In this document: in pieces, positions 24,201 to 36,924 of the stretch
Numbering within the stretch: the stretch's first letter is position 1
How the letters are laid out: the number at the start of each line of letters is the position of its first letter
NCBI GenBank assembly: GCA_028534125.1
Contig: CM052816.1
Location: 80,788,001 to 80,852,000 of the forward strand
Direction: 5' to 3'
Origin: Lama glama
Taxonomy: Eukaryota
DNA: 64,000 nt
The notes under the pieces: generated by a model
The model's database searches: none
Told to the model about the DNA's origin: nothing
Seen by the model: the letters and a program-made list of their open reading frames with translations, nothing else
Position numbers and translations under genes: made by a program

Positions 24201-27200
24201 GAAGGTTGGATGGGGATGTGAGGAGAGTCAGAATGGTTAGGTAGACAGGTTGAGATATAATTGTAAACAACAGAGTGTATGTATGAGCTTTGCAGTTCTT
24301 ACACACCCTTATTTCAACCCATTTTGCAGGTAAGGCAAAATATTCTCTTAATTTATACTTATAAGTCATTCAGCCAGGATTTGACTCCAGGTCTGGTGAC
24401 TCCAAATTCTGTCTTTTCAGTATGCCATTTTGACCAAGGCCACACTAAAGTGAGGAGCGAGTAGGACCATTTTAACTAACAAAATGTACAATTTTTCTTT
24501 TTGCTAATTATACATTTTTTGAGATGTACTATTCATTATTTAACTTTGTACTCTCAACAGTTCCTAGCACAATGCTGGGTTTATAATAGATGGCCAATCA
24601 TCGTTTTGAATTGAATTGAATCATTGTACAGGTATTCTAAACTTTTCTTGAACAAAAGGAATTTCCACTTCTTGCTCTCCTCATTTTAGTTCCTTTCGAG
24701 TCTATTCTTGTTTTCCCAGGTGTCATTGTGCATTCCCAAATCCTAAACTGAGAACGTCAGCTTGTCTGCTCTCCAATGAGATTCTCCTTTGTGCATAGAG
24801 AGGGCTCCTTTACAAATACATTTGTGTAGAACTTACCCCACACACGTGTTGATTTTTCTCTCTCCATATTCTCCACTCCAGACAAAATCTTAACCAAGAA
24901 AATTATGCCTTTGTCTTGGCAAATGGTCTTTGTTATCAGATTTCATTTCTTGAAGCACCAGTTTAAGCAATCAATATTCAGGGCTTCCTGTGAAGACTTT
25001 GGAGTGACTATCCTGTTTCTCACACTTGCTTTTGGCTAGGAAGATGATGACATTTTTGCTTTCAGTGGTCTTTACTTTTTACCTCTACTTGAAGCTGATT
25101 ATAAAAAAATAAACGATATGGTTGGTCTGAAGAGGAAATTAGAATCATTTGATGCTGACCTGATGTTAACTGAGGACAGGGCTGGATTTAAGCAACAGGA
25201 CTGGATTATACTGATAACTCCCCACTTTCCAAACTTTGAATCGTGTTGACATTCACAGGAGCTGTGTGAGGCCAACTCTGTGTCAGAAAATCTTAATTTC
25301 CAAAAAACTGTATGGAGATACATCTATGGAAATAATTTTATGACTCTGCTGGCTCATCTTCCCCACTCTAATGTGGGAGAACAGTCCTAAAGGACAAACT
25401 ACATCAATCATCACTGGAAAAGCCTGCTATACCCTTCGCTGGGGTGGAGTAGCTCCTGCTGTGTGCTTTGCCTGTACTGAGTATTCCTAGAGAGAACTCC
25501 ACCATTTCTTTTGAAAGTGTTTCAATTATCTGTCTGTCACAGCTTTATTCAGAGAAGGAGGCTTGTTTTTTGCAACTGTGTTTGGCCAGATAGTCCCATG
25601 GGGTCATTCTCCCAGGCTTATCCTCTTTGTGCCCCATTATGTGTGGGCCACAAAGCTTGATTTGAACTCGGTTGGGGGAGAAAATGGAGAATGTCCTTTA
25701 GCTTAAAGATTCACGTTGTAGTGTTACATTTTTGCTCTTAGTTAAGTCTCTAGGATCTCTGTCACTTGTCCTTACAAGATGACTGGTATCAAACATACTG
25801 ACATCCAGTTCTGTGTTTTGTCAATAGTAGGTTTCACAGTGACAGGCCAGTACCTCTAAGACCCAGTCCTAAGTCCTCACCACTGTGGTTACATCATTAT
25901 GGGGATCGAGTGTCATGAGTGACATGAGACACTCACTTGACCAGCACAGCAAATGTTCTTGGCTTCATTTTCAAGCAGTGCTCTATTGGAAAATCATCCA
26001 TAATTTTCTGGCTGCTGACATTCCTGGGTCTCTGCTTTCCATAACCTCTCATTCCTGTTGAACAGCTGTGCTTCTGATTAGTTTTCTCTGGAGATATTAA
26101 CTTTTCAGCACTCTGCACAAGGAAACTTTTGAAGTAATGGGAACAACGGACCCATCCTTGCTTTGTGAAAGCCAGTTGGTCAGTTGTGGCTTGGAATAAT
26201 TCTAGAAGAGAGGCCTAAACAAAAATAAGAATTCACTTAAATGTTTCATAAGACAAATCTGAGTCTTGGAATTATGAAAGTTGTGATTATCCATTTGGAG
26301 AATGGAATAATCTCATGTTTACTTGTGTATATTTCTTTTGTCTACTTTTTTCGTACATTTTGAGAAATAAGTATTTATCAGCATCATATGTTAGTTCTCT
26401 GAAGATTTGAGTGGAGAATAAAATGGTCTTGATGGCTGAGGGTAACTGTCCATAACCACTTTTTACCTGTTTTCTTTGACTATCCAGTTTGTTAGATTCC
26501 ATTGTCACACTCTCACTGAGTGGCATTTTTCATAACACTTACCATTTGTTTTATTAAAATAAAAGGTGCCTTTTAAATTTCTTCTTAATAAGAGTATATA
26601 TGACTTTATAAATGAAACTGTTTTAATTTCACAAATACTGCTTTCTGTCCAAGAAACTCAGTGAGAGAGTATATTTATCTGCTAACGTATGGAATGCAAG
26701 AATAAGCCACCACTTAAAGAAGTGATGAAATAGGAAGCTTTATGAATTTGCTAAAAGATCTTTCTTCCTATGGATTTATACCAGAATTAGATATTTAGCC
26801 CTTACTTCTATAACCAACAAAATACCAAGTTCTTTGAAGAAAAAGTGGCTGACGCAAACATTAATTGATTACTCTAAGTATATGTAGGTAAAAAGAAGAA
26901 GCAATGTGCTTCCTAATTATCAGGAAATGTCTTGGGAGGAGGGTAGGACTTGAGGTAGTTGGTGAGAGTTGGATAAGATTTAATATTGTGTAACGAAGGC
27001 AACCCAAAGAAACAAAGCAGAAACTCAGAGGAAGAAAAGAGTAATATGGGTTTAGCAGAGAACAAGGTTTCTGACTTTATGAAGTGTTTGTGTAAAGTTT
27101 TGGTGTCTAGTACTTTGTGGAGACTCATTTATTGTGTGTTGAATGACTAAATAATCCCCAAACCACAAATCCCCCCTCTTCTAAATTAAATTTCATTTTC

Positions 27201-29789
27201 TGCTCCCTGCTATAAATATTCTTTTTAAAATTTTTTTTTCTTCAAACATGGGTATACATGGCTGTCATCTATTCATTAGAATATTTCGTCAGATCAGCAA
27301 ATTTTTATAGTCTAGTTTGTTTTTGTTTTCCCATCACAGACTAATGTTACGACATTATCGTTACCCACATTCCCAGAAACAGTCAAATTTGCCTCTATTT
27401 TTGAAGTCTGTTGTTTACTAAGTTTAAGTTAGATTTCCTGGATCCTTCATTTTCAAAATGCAAACATGAATTCTGTTGACTGAGGCGACCTAAAACTGCC
27501 TAGTTACTAAGTGTTAGTTTGAACTAACTTGATTTTCAGACCATCAGCCCTGCATTTCCCATAGTTTTTCAATTGCTTTTTGTATTATGCTTTTTTTTGG
27601 GTCAAAACACAGAATCCCTCCACTTCTGCCCTCCCCCCCAACTAAATGCCAGGAAGAAAAAAGTATGAGTCATAGGGAAATGAAAAAGGAATGTCTCAAA
27701 TATTGGGATGAGATAACTCTTCTCATCTAATAGAATTCTCATTTTCTGTCCTGAATCATTGATTCACATTTAAATAGCAATAACTGTAATTCTAGCTCGG
27801 GGTGTGTGAGGTGTGTGAGGGGGTGGTGAGGGGGGGCAGGGTGGGTGATGCTGGGGAGTACTAGAGAAAAGAGGGTATGATGCTCTTGTTATTCGTGGTT
27901 TATGAATATGCCTTTTGGAAATGGTGTTCTGGTCGGAAGTGGTCAGAATCTTTGGGCCACTGTGGTCTTTGTGGTGGTCACGAAGGGTGCTGAGCCAGTA
28001 TGGCACACTGGATCAGAGTTCTTTTGTGGTGAGAATAACATTAATAAATAATGGAAGACAAGCAGGGTGGGAGACAAGCAGGGTAGTTGCGGATTTTGCC
28101 TTCTCATCCTCGGTGACTCTCTTTATAGATACAGTCCTGAATTTGGTCTTTTAGCTTCCATGTGAAATTAGTCAGATTTGAGAAGTTTTGATCTGTCTGA
28201 ACAGAAAGGAAGTATGGATAAGTGAAACAAAAGAGATAAATGATCATCAACACGATATCCTAAGCGCTGCATACAAATTCTCAAAATATTTACCCATTCG
28301 CATTTAAAAGATTTATTTATTATCTGTATTCTTATGGAAAAAAGAGTAGATCATTGACTTCAAAGACATTGACAAACAATAAAGATTTGTTTAAATAAGC
28401 CGAGATGGATTTTGGTGAGTTCTGGCTTTCCTTGATATCGTTGTATTTCAAATGATTCATTGCCTTGAGCTGCTTTAAAAATTGTTTTCCTGGATTCTGT
28501 AGTTTTCTTATGACAGTATTTGAGGGAGGTAGAAGTAATATCCATCTACCATATTTTGATTATTGGAGTGGTACTTACTAAAAATTTTTTTCATGGAACT
28601 GTTTTTCCCTTTTCTATAGGAATAAAATTAAAATGTAAGATGTAAAAATACTGGCACTTTAAAATGTTAAAAATAATAACATCAGCTCCACATTATTATA
28701 TAAAACTTATCAAAAATTTTAGAAGCATAGTATTTACAGATGTTATCTGTTTCAGTTTTGCATGATCAGAATTCAGTGTTTGTACTACTAGGCTTACATT
28801 TTGATTTTGATCTTTACTTACATTTCCTCAACTTTCATATTTCATCAGAGATACTCTGATTTTCCAGTCCCTGGTAGTCACTAAGAATATCTCTTTCTCC
28901 CTAGGAAACCCAGCCACTCTTATTAGTAAGATCCAGATCTGAGTCACTAATCCATATGCATAGAAAGATGCCTTGCTTTCAGGTGGCTCTTTATACCCTT
29001 TATCTCTGGACCAGACTCATCAGAAATAGAATTCTTCAAGTGAATAGATCATGTTAAAGAATTCTTTCTACTGTAGTTATGACTCCTTTTTTTAATGTAA
29101 AAGTACAGTTAAATCCCTTTTAGCCACAGAAAAGACGAGATTTCCGATTCAAAACAACAACAAACACAGGAGTTGACATATCAAGTACAAAATTAATGCC
29201 ACAGGAGAGTTTAGATTTTCTAAAATGGGAAGAAGCATGCAAATCCTTAATATCACTTATCTTAATGAATTGCCAAGTAGTAGCATAAACCAACTGTCAT
29301 TCTTATTAAGCAATGATAATATATATTATGAAAATTATCTCCCAATTTTGTCTTTTTATATAAATGTTTTGTTGAAAGTATTAGTCAAAACCACCTTTTA
29401 GCTTATGCTTATGATGTAATATACTTCATAAAAGCACCTCTTATTTGTATGATGCTTATGATAAAAATTTATTTTGCTTCTTTTGTTTTATCTAATGTAT
29501 TTGAAAATTCTATCTTTAAAAACATAATTTTTATTAGTAAAGGGATATTTATTTCATTATGACTTTGTTTTACACAGTTTAGTCTCTTACTGGCTTTAGT
29601 ATTTGCAAAAATAAATCAATTTATGTATTATGTTTTTGTAAAGCATAGCTATACTTGTACAGATTTAAGTTTCTCACAAAGATCTGTGAATCCTGAAATC
29701 AGTAAAAGTTTGACTCAATTGCAGAAACAGTAACTGAGCACACTATCACTAAATGAAATTATATAAAATAAGATTTTTGTTTTTTTCTT

Positions 29790-29945
29790 TTATTGCCTCC
29801 TTCTGGAGAATATTGAGTTTCATGAGAATAGGGATTTTTGCTTTTGTTTTTGTTTTTGTTTTCAAAAAAAACCCCTATATTCCTAGCTTCTAGAATATTT
29901 TATGGCACATAGTAAGCTATCAGTAAATATTTGCTGAATGAATTC
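29790..29945 (+). mobile_element. L2 3' terminus
   Basis: GAGTTTCATGAGAATAGGGATTTTTG...TATTCCTAGC...TGGCACATAGTAAG...CAGTAAATATTTGCTGAATGAAT. Confidence 0.8.
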
Positions 29946-30220
29946 ACTTATTTAAAAAAGTTTATTGAGTGTCCATAACAAGCCAAATATCTAGGCACTG
30001 GAGAGAAAGTAGTGAATAGGCTGAAGTCCTGGATTTTTGGAGTTTACTTTCAAGTGAAAGGAGATAGATATTAACAAACAATTAAATATGTAATATGTAT
30101 GGTGTTAGTTAAGTGCTAAGAAGAAAAATAAAATAAGGCAAGGGGATGGAGGGTAAAGTGGGAAAAGAGAATTGCTGTCTTTGCTGGGAAATTCAGTGAA
30201 GGCATCCCTGAGAAGGTGAG
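29943..30220 (-). mobile_element. L2 3' region, tail-to-tail with the preceding L2
   Basis: TTCACTTATTT...TTTATTGAGTGTCC...CTAGGCACTGGAGAGAAAGTAGTGAATAGG...GAAGGCATCCCTGAGAAGGTGA. Confidence 0.75.
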
Positions 30221-31260
30221 TAATGGGTGAATGTTACTGCCCTGGCGCCACAGCCTTTGGGGACACTGAAAAAACATGAAGGATCTGGTCATTGACCATA
30301 AGGTGGTTTTAATCTTATGACAAAGTCAGACGTATTATATATCATATATGTAACGTGCAAGGGTACTGGCATGCATACAGTGCTATGGGAGCAATGTTTG
30401 GAGAATGGAGCATAACCAGATATTTTTAACAAATAAAGTATATGGTTGTGGGGTAGGGGATGACTGTAGAAAGTCTAAAAATATAGAACTGAGTCTAAGC
30501 TTTGAAGATTCTTCCAGATTAAGAACTTTGCACCTCAGCCAATAGGTGATGGGAGACTAACAGTGGTTTTTAGACTTGAAAAGGAAGCAATCAGATATGT
30601 ATTCGAGAAAAATACCTTTGGTAGCACGATGGAGGATGAATTAGAGGGCATGAGATTGAGTGAGCTGATGTTTTAATAGCATTTTTTGTGAGCAAATATT
30701 ACTTGAAATAATAGACCAGTCGGGCTAAACAGTGTTCCCCCCCACAACCAGGCCAAAAAAAAAAAAAAAGTGGGCTTTCAAGGTCATTTTTAATGGGAAA
30801 ATTGGATCACTACATGAAGTCATAAGAAAAAAGTAAATTATGTTTGATGGTAAAAATTCTAGCTGAGATACTCAAATTAAGACAAAAGCAAGAGTAAGAA
30901 TTTATAATCTTAGAATTATAGGATAATTAAACTGGTGTAGGGGAAGCACCCAGTTTATCTGTGTGCACTTGTGTTTCCCTACTTAATCCACATGGTGTCA
31001 TTTTTTACATGTGTTTTCTCAGAGCAGCTTCTTTTCATTCACAGGCAGTAGTGATGACTCAACTTTATCCCTTTTGGGTATTCGGGGCTCTGATTTCATT
31101 CAGGATATCTTCCGATTCACTAGACAGTATATTAGACATTATTGTCCAGTTGGAATTTGCCTGGGGAAAAATTCTTAAATAAATATATCATCATTGGTTA
31201 TACTACCCTCACATACACATTTTAACAAAAACTTTTAGCAGAAACTCAACTTGATGAGAA

Positions 31261-31663
31261 TCTGTTAGTTTCCTAGGGTTTTTGTAGCAAAGTACCACAC
31301 ATTGGGAGACTTAAACAGTGGAAGTTTTTTGTCTCACAGTTTTGGAGGCTGGAAGTCTGAGCTCAAGTTTAGGCACCGTTGATCTGAAGGCTGTGAGGGA
31401 AAGATGCTCCAGGCCCCTCTCCTTGGCTTGCAGATGGCTATTTTCTCCCAGTGTCTCTACATGTCTTCCCCTGTACATCTCTGTGTCCAAATTTCCTGTT
31501 CCTACAAAGACACCAGTCACACTGGATTAGGGCTCCCCGTAATGACCTCATATTGACTCTGTAAAGACCCTATCTCCAAACATGGCCTCATTCTAAGGTC
31601 CTAGGGGTTAGAATTTCAGCATAGGAAGTGTGGGGATTAGGGAACACAGTTCAGCCCATAACA
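31261..31663 (-). mobile_element. MaLR MLT1A/B/C-type solo LTR
   Basis: TTAGTTTCCTAGGG...AAAGTACCACAC...TCTCACAGTTTTGGAGGCTGGAAGTCTGAG...GTAAAGACCCTATCTCCAAA...CAGTTCAGCCCATAACA. Confidence 0.9.
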
Positions 31664-32184
31664 GATGTTTTCTTTCTTCTCTCTGGATCTCCACTGTCCC
31701 TAAAGTGACGGTGTTCAGTAGACCCAGCTCCTTTCACCGGAACTCCTGGTTTCTTCCTGTCATTATCAGCTGGCTTCATTAGCAGCATCCTCATTAAATA
31801 TCTGGCTACACGTTACTGAAAACTTGTTTGGGACAATTTGCTTACAGTCTTCATTAATTATTCTAGCTTATGGTTATGTTTCCCTCTGACTTTCTGTAGG
31901 ACAGCCATGTATAATGTAGTGATGATTTGTGGTGGACTTTTTTTTTTCCATCATGTTTGTAAGTCTTTTTTTTTTTTTAATTTCACATTTCTTGAAAACT
32001 GGTATGGTTCTGGCATTTTTATTCTCTGTTCTTCAAAATGTTTAACATAGTTCCAGGTCCCAGTTGGTACTTGAGGAATGTATTTGTGGGCACACAGCAG
32101 TCTAGATAGCTCAGACTTTTAAAATGAGAGCTGTGTCATCTAAATTATGAAGCTCATTAGTAGGAAAACACACTGGAGAAGGAA

Positions 32185-32400
32185 ATTGCATAATGTGGTA
32201 GAAAATGAACAGAATGTCTGTGTCTGAATCCTGACTCTGCTCTTTGCCCACTTTGTGATCTGAGAAAAGTTACTTACCCTCTCTAAACCTTAGTTTTCTC
32301 ATTCATAAAATGGGGATATTATTAATAGCTACCTCAAAGAATTGCTGTGAAGATTAAACAAGATGTGGTAGTAAATAAGATGCAGTATTTGGCAGAATGT
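32185..32400 (+). mobile_element. MIR SINE
   Basis: TGAATCCTGACTCTGC...TGTGATCTGAGAAAAGTTACTTACCCTCTCTAAACCTTAGTTTTCTCATTCATAAAATGGGGAT. Confidence 0.85.
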
Positions 32401-32894
32401 CCAACACGTATGGTCTAATCACAAAGTGCATAATGTTACCTCCACACTTGAGTAGTTCTGAATTTAGGATGTATCTTATAATTGATGCCAAAGGAATTTT
32501 GCCAACCTTCAGACAGCGAAGTGGGGTATGACATAGTTCTTATTGTCTGTGTGGGTGAACTTAGTCATACAGAGATGATAACTACTCACCCAATTGTTGC
32601 CTCAGTTAAATGCTTTGCACTAGTGGCACAAGCTTAAATTGGATATCTAATTATTACTTTTAATGTCTTCAAAAGGGTTACATTATGATCCTTTAACAGA
32701 GCTTTGACATAGTTATTATGGAGTAGATTGCCTATCATATTCCAAGTAATTCAGCTAAAAGGTGATAGAAATTTTCCGATCCTTTGGAATTAGTTGTATG
32801 ATTTTCATAATTAGCAAAATTTGTATTACCAGTTCATGAATCACAAAGAACAAACATTAAATCTAATCCTGTGGAAATAATCGAACTTAAATTG

Positions 32895-33800
32895 AGTGAC
32901 ACTCTGCAAAATAACCGTCAATGTCAGGAAAGGCAAAGAAAAGTTGAGAAACTATTTAGAATTAAAGGAAACTAAACTGGCATGACAATCAGATAGAATG
33001 TTTGATTCTGGATTGGATCCTGAATTTGAAAAATAAAGTCAAATTACTATAAAAGACAGCAGTAGGACAATTGGCACAATTTGATACGGACTTTTTGACA
33101 ATAATATTGTGCCAATGTTAAATTTTCTAAATTTTTGTTACACTTATTAGATTTATATAGCATTCTTGAATATTTTAATTAAAATAATTATACTGAATTA
33201 TTTGAGTTGTCACAGGTTGAGTTTCCCAGGAAGTTTAAAGAGGCCAGCACTTGGGGGAGTGAGGAAATAGGATTAGGTAGAGAGAGGAGCTGCAGTGCTG
33301 TCATAACAGAGAAACCAGCTATGGCACGGATTGCTCTGAAGCTGAGATAGCCCTATGGAGTTGTCCTGAATTTGTGCTAGTTGGGCAGAGCTTTATAGCA
33401 CTGTATTGGCCAGTCATTGGGTGCAGACTGCCCCAGGGAAGAGGGTGGGACTTTTGTCAAGGTGGGTTTCTTTAGCCAAGGACATTTCAGAAGGGCAGTC
33501 AGTTGCAAGCCATTCATCACGAAAACCCACAGTTGATGGGGAAAATGGGCAGCTCAGTCCTGAAGAGGGAGAAAGGATATAGGTGTCAGACCACAATATC
33601 CACTCTAGTCATGATATCTGCAATTTACTCTAAGATGTCTCAGCAAATAATAATGCTGTAAGAATAAAAATATAAACAAGAATGCAGAAAAACAAGAAGG
33701 AGAGAGCTCAAATTGACAAAATACTGAATAACTGGTGAATCTAGGTGAAGGTATACTGTTCTCAATTTTTCTGTAGGTTTGAATGAAAAACAACACAAAA
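32895..33800 (+). mobile_element. L1MC/ME-type 3' UTR split by an LTR
   Basis: GTCAATGTCAGGAAAGGCAAAGAAAAGTTGAGAAACT...GATTCTGGATTGGATCCTG before; CATGATATCTGCAATTTACTCT...GGTGAATCTAGGTGAAGG...CAATTTTTCTGTAGGTTTGAA after. Confidence 0.7.
33208..33608 (-). mobile_element. ERVL solo LTR (LTR16-like)
   Basis: TGTCACAGGTTGAGTTTCCCAGGAAG...CAGTCATTGGGTGCAGACTGCCCCAGGGAAGAGGG...CAGTCCTGAAGAGGGA...ATCCACT. Confidence 0.65.
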
Positions 33801-34599
33801 GTTTAAAAAGTGAAAGTCCCAGGTGATTTCAATATACCGCTGGACTAGGAGACGATGAGACAAAGTCATCCTTAGAATTCATTCTAGCTCTAACATGATA
33901 AGCTCCTATGGCGTGATCAGATCAGTTATGATGCATTTGCTTGGACTCTTGGGCTACTTCCTACATGCTTTTTTCCACATGGGTTTCCAGACTTTGATGC
34001 GTCATATTATTTAATTAAGTTGGCTTTAGGGATTGTAGGTTAAACTGGGATTCATAAATATAGCTGTTCTTTTCTCCATTTTGGTGATTAGCAGTGGACA
34101 GGTTTCTCTATTAAAGACCATCCCACATCTGAGGAAAAACAAAGTCAAATATATATTGGGTAAATTTAAGGTAAGATCATTTGATCTTCCAGTTAATAAA
34201 ATTGTATTATGATAGATACATACTATCATTACTTTCTTAAAAAGCTGCTTCAAGAGAAGCTAATACTTTTAGCTTTATTAAAAGTTAAAAGAAGATATGA
34301 CAGGCTCAGTTATTTTTCTCTTTTATTGTGAAATCTTCTTTGGGATACTTGTTTATTATGAAATAGTTTTAAAAATAAACAACATTTCTTTCTGGTCTTA
34401 TATCAGTGTCTTCATCTCACCAGGCTGAAACACTGATCCCCAGCACCCAGTTTGAGGTGTGGTGATGATCATATCATCCCACTCTGTTTTCAGTGTTAAA
34501 TTAAAGTCTCAACTCAAGAGCACTAAAAATAGTTATTTTCTTACGAAAGATTTGGTGATCCCTTTCCTATGGGGATCTTGCCAAATGCATTCAACAAAT

Positions 34600-34820
34600 A
34601 TTTTTTGAGCATAGGCCCTGGAGCCAGTCTTCCTGGATCTTATTTTCACTTCCAACACATAGCTGTGTGTCCTTTGAAATATTACATAACTGCCCTGGGT
34701 GTCAGTTTCCCTGTCTGTAAAACACACATAAATAAAAGTACCTATGTTATAGAGTTTTTTTGAAGATTAAATGAATTAAAATATGCAGAGTGCCTGGCAT
34801 GTTATAAGCATGAATTAGTT
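34600..34820 (+). mobile_element. MIR SINE
   Basis: CCTGGAGCCAG...TAGCTGTGTGTCCTTTG...TCAGTTTCCCTGTCTGTAAAA...TGAAGATTAAATGA...AGTGCCTGGCATG. Confidence 0.85.
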
Positions 34821-34971
34821 TATTCCCATACCATTTAGGTAAACTGGTATGAGTTGATTAATTACTGGTTTTAATGTTAATTATCTGAAGTATCCTGATC
34901 AGCTTTGTTCACATGCTTCACCATAAACATGATATAGACAGATCCATCATTTGGATCCAAGCTATGGATCA

Positions 34972-35160
34972 TATCCCTCTCCCCTTCCTTCCCTATTCCT
35001 TTTTCTTCCCTACTCCTTTTTCTTCCCTACTCTTCTCTCCTCCCACGCTCCCTCCTTTTTCCTTCCTTCCTCCTCTCTCTCCTTTCCTTCATCTCTCCCT
35101 CCTCATTTCCTTCCTTCCTCCTTTCCTTTCTCCTTTTCTCTGTTCTTTTCTTCTTTCTTT
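34972..35160. repeat. ~190-bp polypyrimidine (CT-rich) low-complexity tract
   Basis: Almost only C/T (CCTT, CTCT, TTTC units); adjoins an antisense L2 tail. Confidence 0.95.
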
Positions 35161-35169
35161 ACAATGGAA

Positions 35170-35705
35170 GTTTAATGAGAGCCCATTGCCAGGCACTGTG
35201 CTCAGTACTTAGCATTCAAGCCTTAAATAAGGTCTAGTCCTTGTCCTTAGGGAGCTCTTAATCTAGTAGGGAAGACACTAGAAAAAAAAAGATATTAATT
35301 GTAAAATAATTTGATAACTACTTCAGTATCAGAAACACTGGTGCACTCTGGTGGAGTAGGATAGGATTTAGAGTTAGGAAATGCATCCCAGTTGAGGTGG
35401 TAAACTGGTTGGGACTAGCCAAGCAAGGATGCGTTATGGTAACAGAAGAGGGCTGTTGGAAGTTGTGTACATTAGAGGCAGAACAAGGTTGTAATATCAC
35501 AAGGTGAAGAGACAGCAGGGTGGGGAGCTACAGCCTAAAGATAAACAGGAGAGTTAGGGGAAATGAGGCTGCAGAGTCAGGAGAAGTGAGATCACAGAGA
35601 GATCTCATTTTATGTAAAGCAGCTTGGACTTGATATCGTGGGTGAGGGAGAGGAAACCATCAACGAATTTTAAGCTTTTGTGGTGACACAGTCAAATCTT
35701 TTTCA
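35170..35705 (-). mobile_element. L2 3' region
   Basis: TTTAATGAGAGCCCATTGCCAGGCACTGTGCTCAG...GTCCTTGTCCTTAGGGAGCTCTTAATCTAGTAGGGAAGACA...GAGGCTGCAGAG...GCTTGGACTT. Confidence 0.75.
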
Positions 35706-36157
35706 GGAGTGATGAATTCTTACTTAACCAACCTTGATTTTTCTGATTCTCAAGTGTTCACACCAACAAGGTACTTGTTGTCCCAATAAATATATTCATC
35801 CATTTTCCTTTTTCTCAGTTACTTGTATTTGTCCTTTTTTTTTCTGGCCAGAAATGAAAAATAGTGAATGGCAAAACAAGTGTCTTATTTGTTAACATTC
35901 CCTCTAGGTCATTCCTCAGTTTAGAGGTCAATTTCTGTCCTCAGTTTTTGCAGAGAAGCTGCTGTTGCAAGAACAATGTGTTCTCATCAGAGAAGTTTTT
36001 GTGTAAGGGCAGCTAGGTGATTCTTGAGCTGTCAGGTATGAAACTGGCTGAGGGCACCGCCACAAAGTAGTAACAGATGGTCAACAACCTTTATTTATTT
36101 AGCACTGAATCATCTAGAAACAACACAAGCAACTAGTTAAAAGTTTCGGGTTTTACA

Positions 36158-36191
36158 TGCACACACACGCGCGCACGCACACACACACACA
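36158..36191. repeat. Alternating purine-pyrimidine (CA)n/(CG)n microsatellite
   Basis: tgcacacacacgcgcgcacgcacacacacacaca. Confidence 0.95.
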
Positions 36192-36924
36192 CCTTTTACT
36201 GAACTTTCTGTTTGATGACTGCCCTTTAGGACCTGGAAAAGAACACGAGATACATTAAACAAAAATATGCCCATCCAAATTTGAAAGATCAATCCCTGGC
36301 CTGTTAAACTAGGTTCTTGACCCATGCTTGTCTCTCTTAGCGTAACTCCCGCATGGTTTGAGGGAAAACATACCCTTTAGAAAACAGAGGAGACTGTCAT
36401 GGTTTGAGGTTGTGAAACTTCTTATAGTGCCCCGGGTTTCATTAAAACCTCCCCATCCAGTTTTGCAAAGTGCTCTTCTTCATACTTAAAAATGCCCCAC
36501 ATATTTTAAACCATGTGTTTCATATTCATTTAGACATCTTGTTAAGCTAGAGTTGGGTAAGAATCACTTAGTGTCCAAAAAGACCTTTCCTTCTAGCCTT
36601 TGGTTCTTAGAAATAGAAAGTTAGACTTTGCCAAATGCAAATAAATTCCAGACCCTTACATTTTAAATGGGTTTTGTAAGACTGGAAAAAAAAACCTCAT
36701 GTCCCTATCCTTATTCTCCACATATTCAGGCACAGTAGTCTTTCTCATAGTGTAGTCTCCCCACATGAGAATTGCCACAGGGTTGTTAAAAATGCCTCTT
36801 TATGAGTCCTGACACAAATTTACTAAATTTGAATTCCTCCTTATTTTATATAGTATGATTCTTTATAAGAAACTGGAGATATACAGTAGCTGCTCTGTAA
36901 GTTTTAGCTATTATTATACAAATG

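Noticed and set aside
25118..25249. Small ORF MVGLKRKLESFDADLMLTEDRAGF...
   Set aside because: Only ~43 aa, with no recognisable homology or splice context
34913..35212. Pro/Phe/Leu/Ser-rich ORFs
   Set aside because: Translation of the CT low-complexity tract
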